In this document: positions 1 through 13,044 of the stretch, piece by piece
Layout: every line of letters starts with the position of its first letter
How positions within the stretch are numbered: the first letter of the stretch is position 1
Assembly: GCA_951406725.2 (NCBI GenBank)
Contig: OX597826.1
Coordinates: 68,634,001 to 68,698,000, forward strand
DNA length: 64,000 nt
Reading direction: 5' to 3'
Source: Octopus vulgaris
Taxonomy: Eukaryota
Translations under genes and position numbers: made by a program
The notes under the pieces: generated by a model
Told to the model about the DNA's origin: nothing
Seen by the model: the letters and a program-made list of their open reading frames with translations, nothing else
Databases searched by the model: none

Positions 1-527
1 TATGTGCATATATATATATATACATATATATATATGTATACGAGCACACAATAGTCTAGTAGATAGATTATCCTCTCCCTTCTCCTCCCAAATTCACTCC
101 AAACCATCAACAACACCTCCCCCACCAGCCATCCACCCCCACCACGTATCCCTCACATTCAACATTATATAATACATACGCGTGTTTTTAAATTGACTAT
201 ATAACCAAAAATATAATAGAAAATAATAGAAACGAAAATGAAATTATAATAAAATGATAATAAAATAACAGTAAAAATAATAAAACATAACGAAAAGAGT
301 CACAACAACCAATAAAAAGCAACAAAACAATATAAAGACAACAAAAACAGCCATAACAACCAATAAAAGTAGCCATTTTGAAAGTAGAAAAGAACTGATA
401 GATTTCGCTATTTTTAAATGACCCTAAAAATAATTGATGGCGGTTTTGAAATTAGTAAATTGATAAAGCATGGCTGATTCTATGAATGGTATATGAGGAA
501 TAATGGGACTTTAAATAGCACTACCAG

Positions 528-878
528 CATTATCATCTTCATCACCATCATCATCATCGCGACCACCACTACCATCACAACCACCACCACCACCACCACC
601 ACCACCACCACCACCGTCGCTACTACCACCACCACTACCGACATTACCTCCACTGGCAGCATCGTTATCATCATCATCATCATCATCATCATCATACTCA
701 TCATTATCATGAGTAACATCAGCATCACCATCGTCGTCGTCGTCGTCGTGATCATCAGAACAATACGATCGCTGTTATTGTTAAAGTCATTGTGGTCGTC
801 ATGACTATTACATTCGCAGGGATCTGTACAATGACCTGGTGATGGAAATGATGAGGATGATGATGGTGGTGGTGGTGG

Positions 879-939
<61 letters not shown>

Positions 940-972
940 GGTAGTGATGGTGGTGGTGGTAATGATGATGAT
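528..972. repeat. (CAT/CAC)n microsatellite followed by complementary (GAT/GGT)n microsatellite
   Basis: Direct reading of trinucleotide tracts at ~528-760 and ~840-972. Confidence 0.95.
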
Positions 973-974
973 AA

Positions 975-3400
975 CAAAGATTCGTTTCATAAGCCACAAA
1001 GATGAAAGGGACATCACAAGTATGGCAATCCACGTGAGTGGGGATTTACATTAAGGTTGGAGAGAGGAAAAAAGAAATGGAAAAGCAGGGAAATGGGATA
1101 GAAGTATACATAATATATATAGTATGTGGCAACATGAGAGATGCACACCTCCTCATACAGGAGAAACTCCATCTAGGGTCTATTCAAGGAACCCTGCTTA
1201 TCCATGATTATCCTAAACACCAAAGACACGAGCCATCTCCCAGCTGTTGTTCTTCAGTCTATAGGCGCATGATTAGATTAGGGTCATCCACGCTAACCCT
1301 TTTTGCCGCGGTCACTTATCTTTTCACAAATTTACTTTGACGTGGCACTTCCCTCCTCGCCCTCAATTAACTTTCCAAATGAAGCTTAATAGGTCGACGA
1401 AGGTGTCTTTTCTCAAATGTTTTAGCCCTGTTCAGCATATAATTCTCTTTCGCCCTAGCCACTAGATTGATAAACACTGCCTGCCCTGAATTGTTCATGG
1501 TGGTCTGTTGGTTGATACTTAAAATGGAGACGGTAAATAGTCCGATTCATCTCACACTCGATAAAAGCCGTTTGACATAATTACATTAGTCAGCAATAAT
1601 CAGTCAATCATCGTTAGTTATTCTCCGAGGACGACATCGCTTTTACCCACCACAAGATTTCTATACATTGCTACCGTATATCTTCCACGAACCGCACTGC
1701 CCAATTGGCAGGGAGCAATCACTACCTGAAGATTTTCCAGATGTCAGGAACCTAACTTGGTCTTTTCTTATCCATGATTGCATTTTCACCAAAGAGACGA
1801 TCTGCGGAACAACGTGTCATACAGAGACCAAACCAGTTCACCGTCCATGAAAATCTGTGTGACGTATCTGCGTATTAGAAGCCTTGACATGCCACATCCG
1901 CCATACAGAAACTGCTGGCAACAGGTTCAACGCCGGACAAGTGCAATGTGTTCTTTCCACAGAAAGCGGAGATGTAAACGTTCAAGCTCCGCAAAACGTG
2001 GATTAAGGCAAGGGAAACTGATTGGACGTTAAGATACTAAAGAGAAATGCTTAGCGATGTTTCGTCTGCCGTTACGTTCTGAGTTCAAATTTCGCCGAAG
2101 TCGACTTTGCCTTTCATCCTTTCGGGGTCGATTTAATAAGTACCACTAACGCACTGGAATGGATGTAATCGACTTAATCCCTTTGTCTGTCCTTGTTTGT
2201 CCCCTTGTGTTTAGCCCCTTGTGGGATATAAAGAAATAAGATATTAAAGAGACGATGTGTGCATTCGCAACCTTTATTCTATTTGCAGAGATAATTTCTC
2301 GGCTCATTTTTGAGGTACATTAGCCAAATTGCTTGTAATCTCATCCCAGTTCTAGTACAAATGGAGATCTGTGTCAAATCAGATACCGAGCAATTTCTCT
2401 ACTCAGTCTGTCCATCGTGGGCTTCTCTAATTTACGAAGTACAGGGCAACCGACTGGTTCAGATTTCTTCGGATTGCTGTGACTTCCTTTAGAATGGAAA
2501 CGCATTCCTGAGCTTCCACAGTTTCTGCTACTAAGACCGTGATGCCATCCGCATTTACTGACACTGCTCTCGCGCAAATCATAGGGAATGTTCCTCAAGA
2601 GTTCTAACTTCCCCAGCAAAAGACCGGGCGCAAGAACATATAGAAGGAGGACACCTCTGACAGATCGAACGCGAAATATAAAACGCATATGAGATGTGGC
2701 CGTTTACTTTTACCACTGAACAAGCAGCAGTGTATGCGATCTTGCGACTGTGAAATGAAACCGGCTACTTTTAGGACGGCTTTCGAAGGCTTTTGATTGA
2801 TTCATATTGATCAGAGCCCTAGCGATACCAGATTTGTACCCATTCTAAGATGAAAGGCATGAGGCGGGGGTTGCCATAGCTGGATTTATTAAGAATCGCA
2901 CACAATTGATGTTCGTCAAACAAATTTTGCACGGCAGGACCAATCTCTTTGCAAAAAAGTCTGCGAAAATTTTAAACTTGCTTTTGGCAGGGTTCTGGTT
3001 CGGAAATGTCCGGAAATCCGCTATATTGGCGTACTTTCTCATCATAGATAACATACCTCGGATCACAGACCCGGAAATTCTGCCATTTTGCTTCTACAAG
3101 GTCACTAAAATCATCTTTGGCCTATAACCATGAAACATATCTGCTCCTTAAACCAGACGATTTATCCCTTGCGCAATACATCTCGTATCCCAGATACTGT
3201 TATTGATCTTTTATAGTGCTTAGTGTTTTCCGATTGTTGAGGCAGGCCGTCCACATAGGTATTGAGGTCCATAATTCTCTGTGGCTTACCGCTTCCTCTG
3301 AAGGATTTGGCAAATTTGGTGCTGAAAGGCCGTGGACATTTCCTTGGATCTGCTTAGAACAAGCCATATCTGCTTGGAACCGAGCAGAAATGGGTAATGA
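975..3400 (-). mobile_element. Decayed Tx1/L1-clade LINE (ORF2 RT region to 3' UTR), interrupted by a SINE
   Basis: Minus-strand peptides across frameshifts and stops resemble L1/Tx1 ORF2: DLNTYVDGLP, SVVKVNGHISYAFYISRSICQRCP (cf. VKVNG..S..F.I.RSVRQGCP), LLYVLAPGLLLGKL, NWDEITS, ELERLHLRFLWK..ALVRR..CCQ...GGCGM. Putative terminal stop near 1259; 3' end runs into the (CAT)n tract. Confidence 0.8.
2046..2237 (+). mobile_element. SINE family A, 5'-truncated, inserted in the Tx1 LINE
   Basis: Body GTTCTGAGTTCAAATT..GACTTTGCCTTTCATCCTTTCGGGGTCGA..; TSD TAAGATA(C/T)TAAAGAGA at 2030-2045 and 2237-2252. Confidence 0.9.
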
Positions 3401-3691
3401 AGAAAATAGTTGTCCTCCCAGTAGTTGGTGGTGGCACTTGGAACGTTAACAACCAGATTAGAGAAATTTGTTTCAGACATTGTGACATGAGGGTAGGACG
3501 GAGAGGACAGAGAGGATCTTGAGATTCGTGCTTGCATGTTACCTGTCATAGAAAGTGTGTGCCTTGCCAAGTTTGTTGTCCGCTCATACAGAATTAGTGA
3601 GGTACTATTCAAATCAAATGAAATGGAAATAATAATAATAAAAAAAAAAAAATAATAATAATAATAATAATAATAGTATTAAAATAATAAT

Positions 3692-4000
3692 AATAGATGC
3701 CCTGATGCAGTACCAGGCAGTGGCTCTGGTGGCTTCTGATCTTCAACATCCTTAAATAATTCTTATTCAGGGACATTTAGAGCGGGATGGGCTACTCGAC
3801 CAGAAGAAAATTCTAACTGAGCCCCACCTGCAAGATCATGCACTGTTTATCTTGATATGAGATCACCATGTCGTGCACATATAGTTGAGATGCCTGTGTC
3901 TGGTGTAACCTTATCAGACGGATAGCCATGATGGATATACTGGGCTTCGTATATTTTACCCCAGTGTCACTTTGATGGCATGCACTGCTCTCTCACTCAA
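3692..4000. mobile_element. Unclassified interspersed-repeat-like segment embedded in (TAA)n
   Basis: ~310 bp of higher-GC sequence with (TAA)n on both sides; ends ..GCATGCACTGCTCTCTCACTC-(AAT)n. Confidence 0.45.
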
Positions 4001-4005
4001 TAATG

Positions 4006-4039
<34 letters not shown>

Positions 4040-6475
4040 TAATAATAATGATTTTTCACGGTCATTAATTTTGGATGATGGTGCAGTAGATGATATCACC
4101 GATCCCATACGTGATTGGCTGATTTTTTTCGTTTTTTTTAGTTTGGAAGTATAAAAATATTCTCGAGCAGATTTGATATCAGAGCGTTTAAGTTCACTGT
4201 AATCAGGGCAAGACCTTTTTCACAGTATTCTAATAAATCGGCACTTTGAGATGACCTATTTCGATTAAGTCGATGCTATTTAGGCCGTCGAGATTTGAAA
4301 TAAGAACGAAAAAGACTTGGATAAAAATCTTACTTTCACGAGCAACAGATACGTTTGACTACAGACAGTTGTGAGCGAACAAGGATTATTTGTCAATGAA
4401 TTCTAATTTTACCGCGTACGGGTGTCATCTGAATACGATAGCAGAAACGACTGTGCATGAAACTGGCACTAAAAACGTCAAGCAAGTAGATGGCATTTTA
4501 GGAGCAATAAAAACGAAACACGAGTTATTGTCATTTTTGCTATTTGCAATGTCAGAGAATACATTTGAAAATCCTACCCGCACAATCGGTAAAGACTTAA
4601 AGCCATAGAACTCAACATTAATAGCTTTAAATCCAACCTTCAGAGCTGAACGTTATCTTCATACACGTTATCTTCATACACAGCATTTTAATTCAGGATA
4701 CAACTTTACAACCACAAGAGTCACACTTAGAAGCCCTATTTTCACTTAGATATATTAAGATAGATCCTATCACAAACGTTGAGGCCTCATAGCACATACC
4801 AACTCGTGCATCTACAAATGACAGTCGTAGAAAACTACATCCTAACTATATCTTAACTATATTTCAAATACCATCAATATCTTGAATAGGGAGTGTACTT
4901 TTTACCAAATGTCACAATAGCACAGAAATTGATATAATCGTATCACACGGTATTTTACATCCTAAACAGTTATCAGCAATACGCATATAACTAACAAAGC
5001 CAATTGCGATTCTCTGACATAAATATGATTGAGATACATATATCTCTATCTCAAAATTGTCATAACAGCAGAAATCCAATTAGAAACTTCACAAACATTA
5101 ATCTGAGCAAAGAAACGGAGTAAAATTTTTTTCAGAGTTTAATAAAATCACACTCACCAGCAAAGATACTGCGGGACAAATTTTTTATGAAATATTCGTA
5201 GGTACATCCTAAAATTATGGTATGCGTTAAAATATATTTGAACTAAGTATCACAGATTAACAAACTTATTAAACCCCACAAAATACCCTTAAATAATACC
5301 TAAAACCACTTACGACAAAAATAAAACATAACAATCCTTCACAAAGAAAAGAATTATTGAGCAAAATAAAACCAACAGGGGAGTGGGGCACTTCTGTATC
5401 CAACATAAACCACGTCACTAAGAGTGAAATAAATTCAACACCAGCAGCAGTAGTAGCAGTGGCACCACCACAACCACCACCTTCATCATCATCATCATCA
5501 CCATCATTGTCATCAACGGCAGTAAAAATCCCATACAACACCCTACGTAATAGTAACACTCTCAGTCTCTTTCCAAGTACACACCCTTATACATATATCG
5601 AAAATTAACCATCACAAAGCAGATAGCGACATCGATGTGGATACTGTTGGAATCTTCGAGCTTTGAAAAAAATATGCTGGGCAACAGAGAAGTGAAAACC
5701 GCGACGAGTCGAGATTGAACTTAACCGGTCACAAGCATGTTATAATATTAGAAGATAAAATGAAAGCTGGAAGATCTTTACTCTCGAAACTGAGTTGGAC
5801 GACAGACACAAATCATAAAAACCAATGAAGCGTAGCAGTTATCATTCTGGTAAAATTATTATAGCACATTTAACAACGTAACACGAGGAGTCAAAGGAAC
5901 AAAAGCCATCGGATAACTGTATTTGTTGATAGAAAAATACTTGAAGCAACATATTGTATAGTTGTTAGACCGGAATAGCGTAGAAAGGAAGTTTACAATG
6001 AATGACAAAGAACATAACTGCTGTAAATAGTGTATATATACGTCAGTATGTTATCTGTATCTATTGAAACACCAAACTATCCGATTTTACAAATGTTTAT
6101 CCTATTTAAAATATCTACAACTTATCTGTTTCAGTCAACAAGCTTGCCACTATGGGATTGTTCTTCTGACTAGACAACGCAAACAATTCTGTCTGAAACA
6201 AACACGACTGTCTAAAACAATATGGAAACATGAAATGGTTTTTGGTCGATTTATTTAAGAAATAAGCGGTTGGGCGATCACAGTTTGATCACATGTATGC
6301 TGAACCAGATATATCCTGGTTTCAATCAACAGCAAAATGAAAAGCAGTATAGAAAAAAAATAAAAAGAATACGGGTTGATTACATTGCAATTGTCGTTAA
6401 CCATTGCTCTGCTTGATCGCGATAAGCTTGGTGTACATAAAAACTGTAAGAAGGTATGAGACACTAAATGATAAA

Positions 6476-6630
6476 CACATGTGGACTAGTCGTCAGGGAT
6501 GTAAGCTTCCGATCCCGAGATCATAGGTTCAATTCTGAGCCTGGGTGATTCATTGCGTTCTTGGACAATGCATTTAATCTCACATAGCTCCACTCCACTC
6601 TCCTCTCAATGAGTAACACTGCGACACACA
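6476..6630 (+). mobile_element. Degenerate SINE family D
   Basis: tRNA-like head (GTGGACTAGT..GGTTCAATTCT) and a CORE-like TTGCGTTCTTGGACAATGCATTT. Confidence 0.6.
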
Positions 6631-6984
6631 TGTTGTGATCTCGGTCCCTTATAATCTCAACGCAAACCCGAGTAACTGGCCTCGTGTCTCTGGGACTCGA
6701 AACAGTAATGTCCCGGTATTGATGGTGGTATATTTTTTTCTTTCGGAGAATATATAGCAGGTTATTCCCGATGCAGCGCCATTGGCCAATTGACTGAAAT
6801 ATTAGTACCGACCTGGGGCGAATCATCATTTACCGGAATGAGAAAAACGATGCAAATATCATGCAAATAAGAATATCTGTGAAGCATGGGCAGGGCAAGT
6901 ACACCGAGCAGATCTTTTTATTCTCATTCGACCATCGCTTTACTTTCAACAACGAACCACATGATAGACTAAAACAAAAACAAC

Positions 6985-6985
6985 A

Positions 6986-7035
<50 letters not shown>

Positions 7036-7060
7036 AACTACTGCTGCTACTACTGCTACA

Positions 7061-7098
<38 letters not shown>

Positions 7099-7099
7099 A

Positions 7100-7158
<59 letters not shown>

Positions 7159-7201
7159 AACTACTACTACTACTACTACTACTACAACTACTACTACTAC
7201 A

Positions 7202-7233
<32 letters not shown>

Positions 7234-7585
7234 AGCTGCTACTACTACTACAGCTACAACTACTACTACTACTACTACTACAACTACTACTACTACTACA
7301 ACTACTACTACTACTACTACTACTACTACAACCGCTGCTTCTACTACTGCTACTGCTGCTACTACTGCACTGCTGCTACTACTACCACTACTACTACTGC
7401 TGCTGCTAATGTTGATGCTACAGCTACTACTACGACTACTACTGCTACTGATGCTACTACTGCTGCCACTGGTGCTATTGTTGCTGTTGCTACTACTACT
7501 ACTACTACTACTACTACTAGTACTACTCCTATTACCACTGCTACTGCTATTGTTGCTGCTGCTGCTTTTTCTTCTGCTGCTTTTG

Positions 7586-7633
<48 letters not shown>

Positions 7634-7668
7634 TGCTAATACTACTACAACAACAACTACTACTACTT
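6985..7668. repeat. (CTA/CTG)n microsatellite
   Basis: Direct reading; source of the poly-Leu and poly-Val ORFs. Confidence 0.97.
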
Positions 7669-7882
7669 GAGCAGGTGATAAGATTAAATAACACAAGGTG
7701 TGACCAACGAAGATCGATGGTGAATATATTGGGATGCCGATGTTGATGATGACAACGTCGACGATGACGACGACGACGGTGCGAAAACATTGCTGGTGAT
7801 AGCGATGGCCATTCGCCTGTGAAGGCACAGGGCCAACTTCTACCGAACGCGTCGCCAAATCGATTAATTTCAACACAATACT

Positions 7883-8106
<224 letters not shown>

Positions 8107-8164
8107 GCGTTTAATGTTTTTAAGAACTACAAAAGCAGGACAACAAAAGCAGACCGTAATAGGA

Positions 8165-8425
8165 ATTGCATATCGTAGTATATATTGTCACTTTAAAGAG
8201 ATTGAAGGCCAAATCATCGCTGATGGCTGTCCTGTCTTAAAACTATGAAATATATTCAAAAGCATGACCGCATAAGTAGCTATATCCATTGGGCAATATG
8301 CCAACACTCGGAGATCAAACAGGAAACAAACTTCTATAAACATGCAATAAAATCTATAATTGATAATGACAGGAATAATACCTTGGGACATGGTACTGCA
8401 GTCTGAGTGAAAGATCAAAGAAAAT
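8165..8425 (+). mobile_element. Decayed RLE-type non-LTR retrotransposon fragment (R4/Dong-like zinc-knuckle to RLE region)
   Basis: Translates IIADGCPVL/KYIQKHDRISSYIHWAICQH..FYKH..IIDND..(W)DMVLQSE*KIK, matching the family pattern HIVSGCPVL..EYI.RHD.V..YIHW.LC..Y..WY.H..ILWD..I.TDR.IK. Confidence 0.75.
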
Positions 8426-8925
8426 TTAAGTTGAGAAACATAACGAGAAAGATTAAGAAAAACATTTGGTTTTTCAAAAATATAACTTAATCCGTTATTA
8501 GTAAAATATATTACTTAGATGTAGGAAGAGATAGTATTAAAGGACAAGCGAAGTCTGTGTTGAAACAAAGAAGAATTGAACGAAATTGTCCATATCAGAA
8601 ATCAATATAATTAATTTATTAGGTGAGACTTAAATAACTAGCAGGAATAAAAATATAATAGGAATATTGATTATTAACAAAATATACAGGTCTACAGGGC
8701 AGCTAACCTATTCTAGAGAGGTTCTTTTCAATATAATACCATAACTGACATAACATTGTATATAGAACATTCATAATTCAATAAAACAATTTACAGGACT
8801 CGTATAGTCTATATACTACAGACATTCAAACACAATAAAGCAGCACACATTTTATGCAGGTCTACTGAATATCATAACAGGACTTACATACACAACTAAT
8901 ATCATAAAAAGCAAATCTACTTATA

Positions 8926-9033
8926 GCGCGGGCGTAGCTGTGTGGTAAGAAGCTAGCTTCCCAACCACATGGTTCTAGGTTCAGTCCAGCTGCATGGCAA
9001 CTTGGGCAAATGTCTTCTACTATAGTCTCGGAC
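8926..9033 (+). mobile_element. SINE family B, 5' fragment
   Basis: GCTGTGTGGTAAGAAGC..CCAACCACATGGTTCTAGGTTCAGTCC..TTGGGCAAATGTCTTCTACTATAG. Confidence 0.85.
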
Positions 9034-9076
9034 TAACATTAATTTGTTAGCCCATCGTATATGGATATAATGGATA

Positions 9077-9151
9077 AAGACTCCCCTCGGTCATGAATAA
9101 CCATGAGATTCCACGTAGAAATTTACCCTCCGTGGTACAAGTCCGGACAAT
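9077..9151 (-). mobile_element. 3' tail fragment shared with the SINE D variant at 22426-22745
   Basis: Reverse complement (..CCGGACTTG..ATTCATGACCGAGGGGAGTCTTT) matches 22670-22745. Confidence 0.65.
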
Positions 9152-9378
9152 GCTACAAGTTGCTCCCCAAAACCATCACAGAATAGCTGCTATGTTTCAT
9201 TGTTGGCTGCAATCTTCTCACATCAAATTCTTCAGCACAGAGTTTCCAGACCACTATCAGAACATACAGCAAATTTGGACACACTGGAGAATATGACAAT
9301 TTCCCAAAGTGCTAGTGGTCCCTCGACCATCTCACTGGCCCAAACTTGTCTCCGTTTGATATTGGCTGGTCAAAGAAG
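9152..9378 (-). mobile_element. Tc1-like transposase remnant
   Basis: Minus strand gives LL*PANIKRRQVWASEM..WEIVIFSSVSKF..SDSG/EEFDVRRLQPTMKHSSYSVMVLG, matching Tc1 W..VIFSDESKF and PTVKHGGGSVMVWG. Confidence 0.85.
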
Positions 9379-9379
9379 T

Positions 9380-9607
9380 AAAAAATAGGGATTTTCATAG
9401 AAAAAAAAGTACCTTTTTGATGTAAATAATTTTTGTTCTTAACATGGACCGATTTGAAATTTATCTTCGACGGAATGAAGAGCAAGCTTTCTTCTGTCAT
9501 ACTCTCAATTTTGTTCAACTTGTGCCGCAGGGTCTCGGAGGAGATAGTGTTAGTTGAATGCTACCAAACCTGCCACACACAGACAACTTCAGCTTTATAC
9601 ATATAGA
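9380..9607 (-). mobile_element. Helitron-like 5' terminal fragment
   Basis: Reverse complement starts TCTATATGTATAAAGCTGAAGTTGTCTGTGTG, like the 5' end of the Helitron at 51890. Confidence 0.6.
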
Positions 9608-10021
9608 CTGGATGACGTTATCTCCTCTTGCCTCTCCAGCCATATACCTGCAGAATTGTTTACGTACAGATTTCAGAGAACAGCCTGGTTTCTCCCGCTG
9701 TAAACTTCTATATTTCTATGATGGTCTTTTGCACAGACTCAAGACGAGAACTTTTAGCCATGATTGTAACGCCAAAAATTATATTACAAAAATCCGATAA
9801 AGAATTGGTTGAAGGAGAAATACACGGTTGTACTGTCGCAATATTACAGTAGTATTGTGAGATAAGCGGTATTTACGTACTTGTCTATAATCTTACACTT
9901 GTTAGTCTACAATAATCATTGTCAAAATTAGTGAAATTGTTCAGAGACAGAAACGAAGCACTTGTACCTCGTCTATTGTACATAAGTATAATGGCTTTCG
10001 ATATTTATTTATCCTTTCATA

Positions 10022-10056
10022 AACATACATACATACATATATACATACATACACAT

Positions 10057-10138
<82 letters not shown>

Positions 10139-10217
10139 ATTATTTATATAATTGTAAGTTTGTTTATATATATATGTATACATATACACACATACAAATA
10201 TATACAAACATAGACAA

Positions 10218-10251
<34 letters not shown>

Positions 10252-10464
10252 GCATATATGTATATACATGTGTATATATATACCTATATACATATACAAA
10301 CTTACAAATATATAAATAAATACACACACACACATGCACATACACATATACAAATTTTGAATCTTACATGTGTGTGATTGTATGTATGTATGTATGCATG
10401 TATTATGTATGAGTGAATTAGAGTGTATATATATATATATATATATATACATATATATACATAC

Positions 10465-10495
<31 letters not shown>

Positions 10496-10544
10496 GATGT
10501 ATATATATAGATGTATATATATAAATATATATATATATGTATAC

Positions 10545-10577
<33 letters not shown>

Positions 10578-10650
10578 CATATGTGTGTGTCTGAGTGTAT
10601 AAATATAAATATATGTATACATGTATATATTTACTTATATTTATATATGT
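10022..10650. repeat. Compound (TA)n/(CA)n/(TG)n microsatellite
   Basis: Direct reading. Confidence 0.95.
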
Positions 10651-10828
10651 GTTCGTGTGTGGACGTATGGGCGTGTAGACGAACGCGTGGTAGGTGTGTG
10701 GAGTGGAGGTGTGTGTTTTCTATTTTTAATCGGATACAAATAGAGAAAAGCGACTCAAGGATCGACCGAAACTTTCGCGTAAGGCACTTATCAGACTTTA
10801 CAGTCGATTAATATATACATATACATAC

Positions 10829-10891
<63 letters not shown>

Positions 10892-11048
10892 AAAGACAGA
10901 TAGACAGACAGACATACAAATGATGTATATACATACATATATGATAGAAGTAATTTTGTATTAATCTTAAGGGTATCTTAAACTTATGTAGAATACAAAT
11001 TTATAATTCTTAAAAGACAGTTCTATATTTAAGAGGTGAGGAATTATG

Positions 11049-11135
11049 TACATTATTTACATTATTTACATTCGACGGATATTTGTCCTCATCTTGGACA
11101 AATATCCGTCGAATGTAAATAATGTAAATAATGTA
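11049..11135. repeat. Perfect 40-bp-arm inverted repeat, 7-nt spacer
   Basis: TACATTATTTACATTATTTACATTCGACGGATATTTGTCC-tcatctt-GGACAAATATCCGTCGAATGTAAATAATGTAAATAATGTA. Confidence 0.95.
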
Positions 11136-11176
11136 AATATTAAGACAATTTTATTCCCAGTGATTTCGAAGTTGTG

Positions 11177-11207
<31 letters not shown>

Positions 11208-11396
11208 ACACATACACACACATATCTTTTATTTTTTTACTTTTTTCATTCCTCAGATTGCTGCCATGCAGCAGTACAGCCGTGAAGAGTTGAATGAATC
11301 GTAGTACATATTATATCTTTCACTTTTAGATTAGGGAAGTAAACACGCCAACACCGGTTGACAAATGATAGTGGGCGACAACCACAAAGAAACACA

Positions 11397-11449
<53 letters not shown>

Positions 11450-11478
11450 TTTATATATTATGTGTATATATATACGTG

Positions 11479-11540
<62 letters not shown>

Positions 11541-12063
11541 AACAAGAAAAAAATGGAAAGCCGGACCGGTGAACACAAAGAAAGGACCCTTCATCTGTTA
11601 TCAGTTGTCGGTTGTCTAATCACTCCTCATTTCATGTATTCAATGACAATATGAATCTTCAAAGACAGTTGCTCCCATATATTCTAAAATAAAACTTGGG
11701 ATTTATAGAGGGGCAAATTCGGAACAAAAAAAAACGACAATAGACATACCAGGAAACATATATATATATATAGCATTATTAACGATTAGGAGAAGGGAGA
11801 TTTTCCGCGTTTATAATTTTATAAAACAGTTAATAGAAGTATTGATGTCAAAAATTTCCTTTCGCCTGCTCATTATTTACTCTAAGGAAACTATGTAGTG
11901 TTGAATAGGACACTCAGATTTTCCAAGCGAGAAAAATTAACAGATTCTAGCAACTTGTATATCACCAACATTTGTTGTGGTTAGCTGGCACACAAAACGG
12001 ATTTAAGAGGAAATACGATAACTTCCAGAATATTATAATCTCTTTGGAATTATTTCTGGAATA

Positions 12064-12124
<61 letters not shown>

Positions 12125-12129
12125 GATAA

Positions 12130-12161
<32 letters not shown>

Positions 12162-12186
12162 ATAATAATAATAATAATAATAATAA

Positions 12187-12217
<31 letters not shown>

Positions 12218-12318
12218 AAGAAGAAAAGAAGAAGAAGAAGAATAGAGAGTATAACTCCAACTTACAGGGAAAAATTCAATTTAGTATTAAATCAAATTTC
12301 CCAGTAAAAATATATAAA

Positions 12319-12636
12319 ATATAAATTAGAGATAAAATCACTATTATGCAACTCAAACAGTGATAGACATAAACCAATACATAAATAACAAACAATATAT
12401 ATTTTTTATAAAAAATATAACTTATAACTAGATCTCAAAAGGTATAAATGAATTATCAATATATAATATATTAATTAATTAATTAATAATTAATTAATAT
12501 ATTATATATTGATCATTCATTTATACTTTTTGAGATCTAGTTAGAAGTTATATGTTTTATAAAAATATATATTATTTGTTGTTTTTTTCTATCAATGTTT
12601 GAGTTGCACGATAATGGTGTTATCTCTAATTTTTAT
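12319..12636. repeat. ~160-bp-arm imperfect inverted repeat ending in (TA)n
   Basis: TTAGAGATAA..TGCAACTCAAACA..CTAGATCTCAAAA is mirrored by TTTTGAGATCTAG..TGTTTGAGTTGCA..TTATCTCTAA; centre near 12484. Confidence 0.9.
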
Positions 12637-12649
12637 ATATATATATATA

Positions 12650-12930
12650 TCAGTTTCCGTCAACGAAATCCACTGACAATGCTTGGCCGGCCCCTGTCTA
12701 TAGTTAGTTAGTTAGTTAATTTTTGGCTCAAAAAGCAAAAAGCAAGGCCATGTAGGGGGACATGGAGTTATGTACAGGGTGGTGTTCATGTAAAGTGTTC
12801 AGGCCACTTGAGGTCAAGGGAGACTTTGAACAAAGCGGTCGTCGGCATCTTCACCATCTATAGTAGATGCCTGCACCTAGAATTTAACTCGGAATTACGT
12901 GCTTAGGAAGCACAGTTCTTACCACACAGG
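12650..12930 (-). mobile_element. SINE family B fragment split by a LINE insertion
   Basis: CAGTTTCCGTCAACGAAATCCACT.. (12650-12700) continues at 12860-12930 (..CTTACCACACAG). Confidence 0.7.
12703..12856 (-). mobile_element. 5'-truncated CR1-group LINE 3' end with (TAAC)n tail
   Basis: Minus strand encodes VKMPTTALFKVSLDLKWPEHFT* (cf. CR1 C-terminal V.A.S...FK..LD..W), then a short UTR and (TAAC)n; TSD TCTATAGT at 12697-12704 and 12857-12864. Confidence 0.75.
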
Positions 12931-13044
12931 TAGCGTGTATTGATAAACAGTGATTAAAGTTTGATAGTCATGCTTCTCTTCGAATGAAAGGAAAACATGG
13001 AATACATCAAACTATTGCAAAACGTGCATTTTCACGATGGGATT

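Noticed and set aside
10761-10808. HHR-like CUGAUAA-GUG-CCUUA-CGC-GAAA on the minus strand
   Set aside because: G8 is lost and stems I and III cannot be assigned cleanly; at best a dead relic, so not called as a feature.
11950-12000. VIYK motif suggesting a Penelope GIY-YIG domain
   Set aside because: Four-residue match with an in-frame stop nearby and no second motif.
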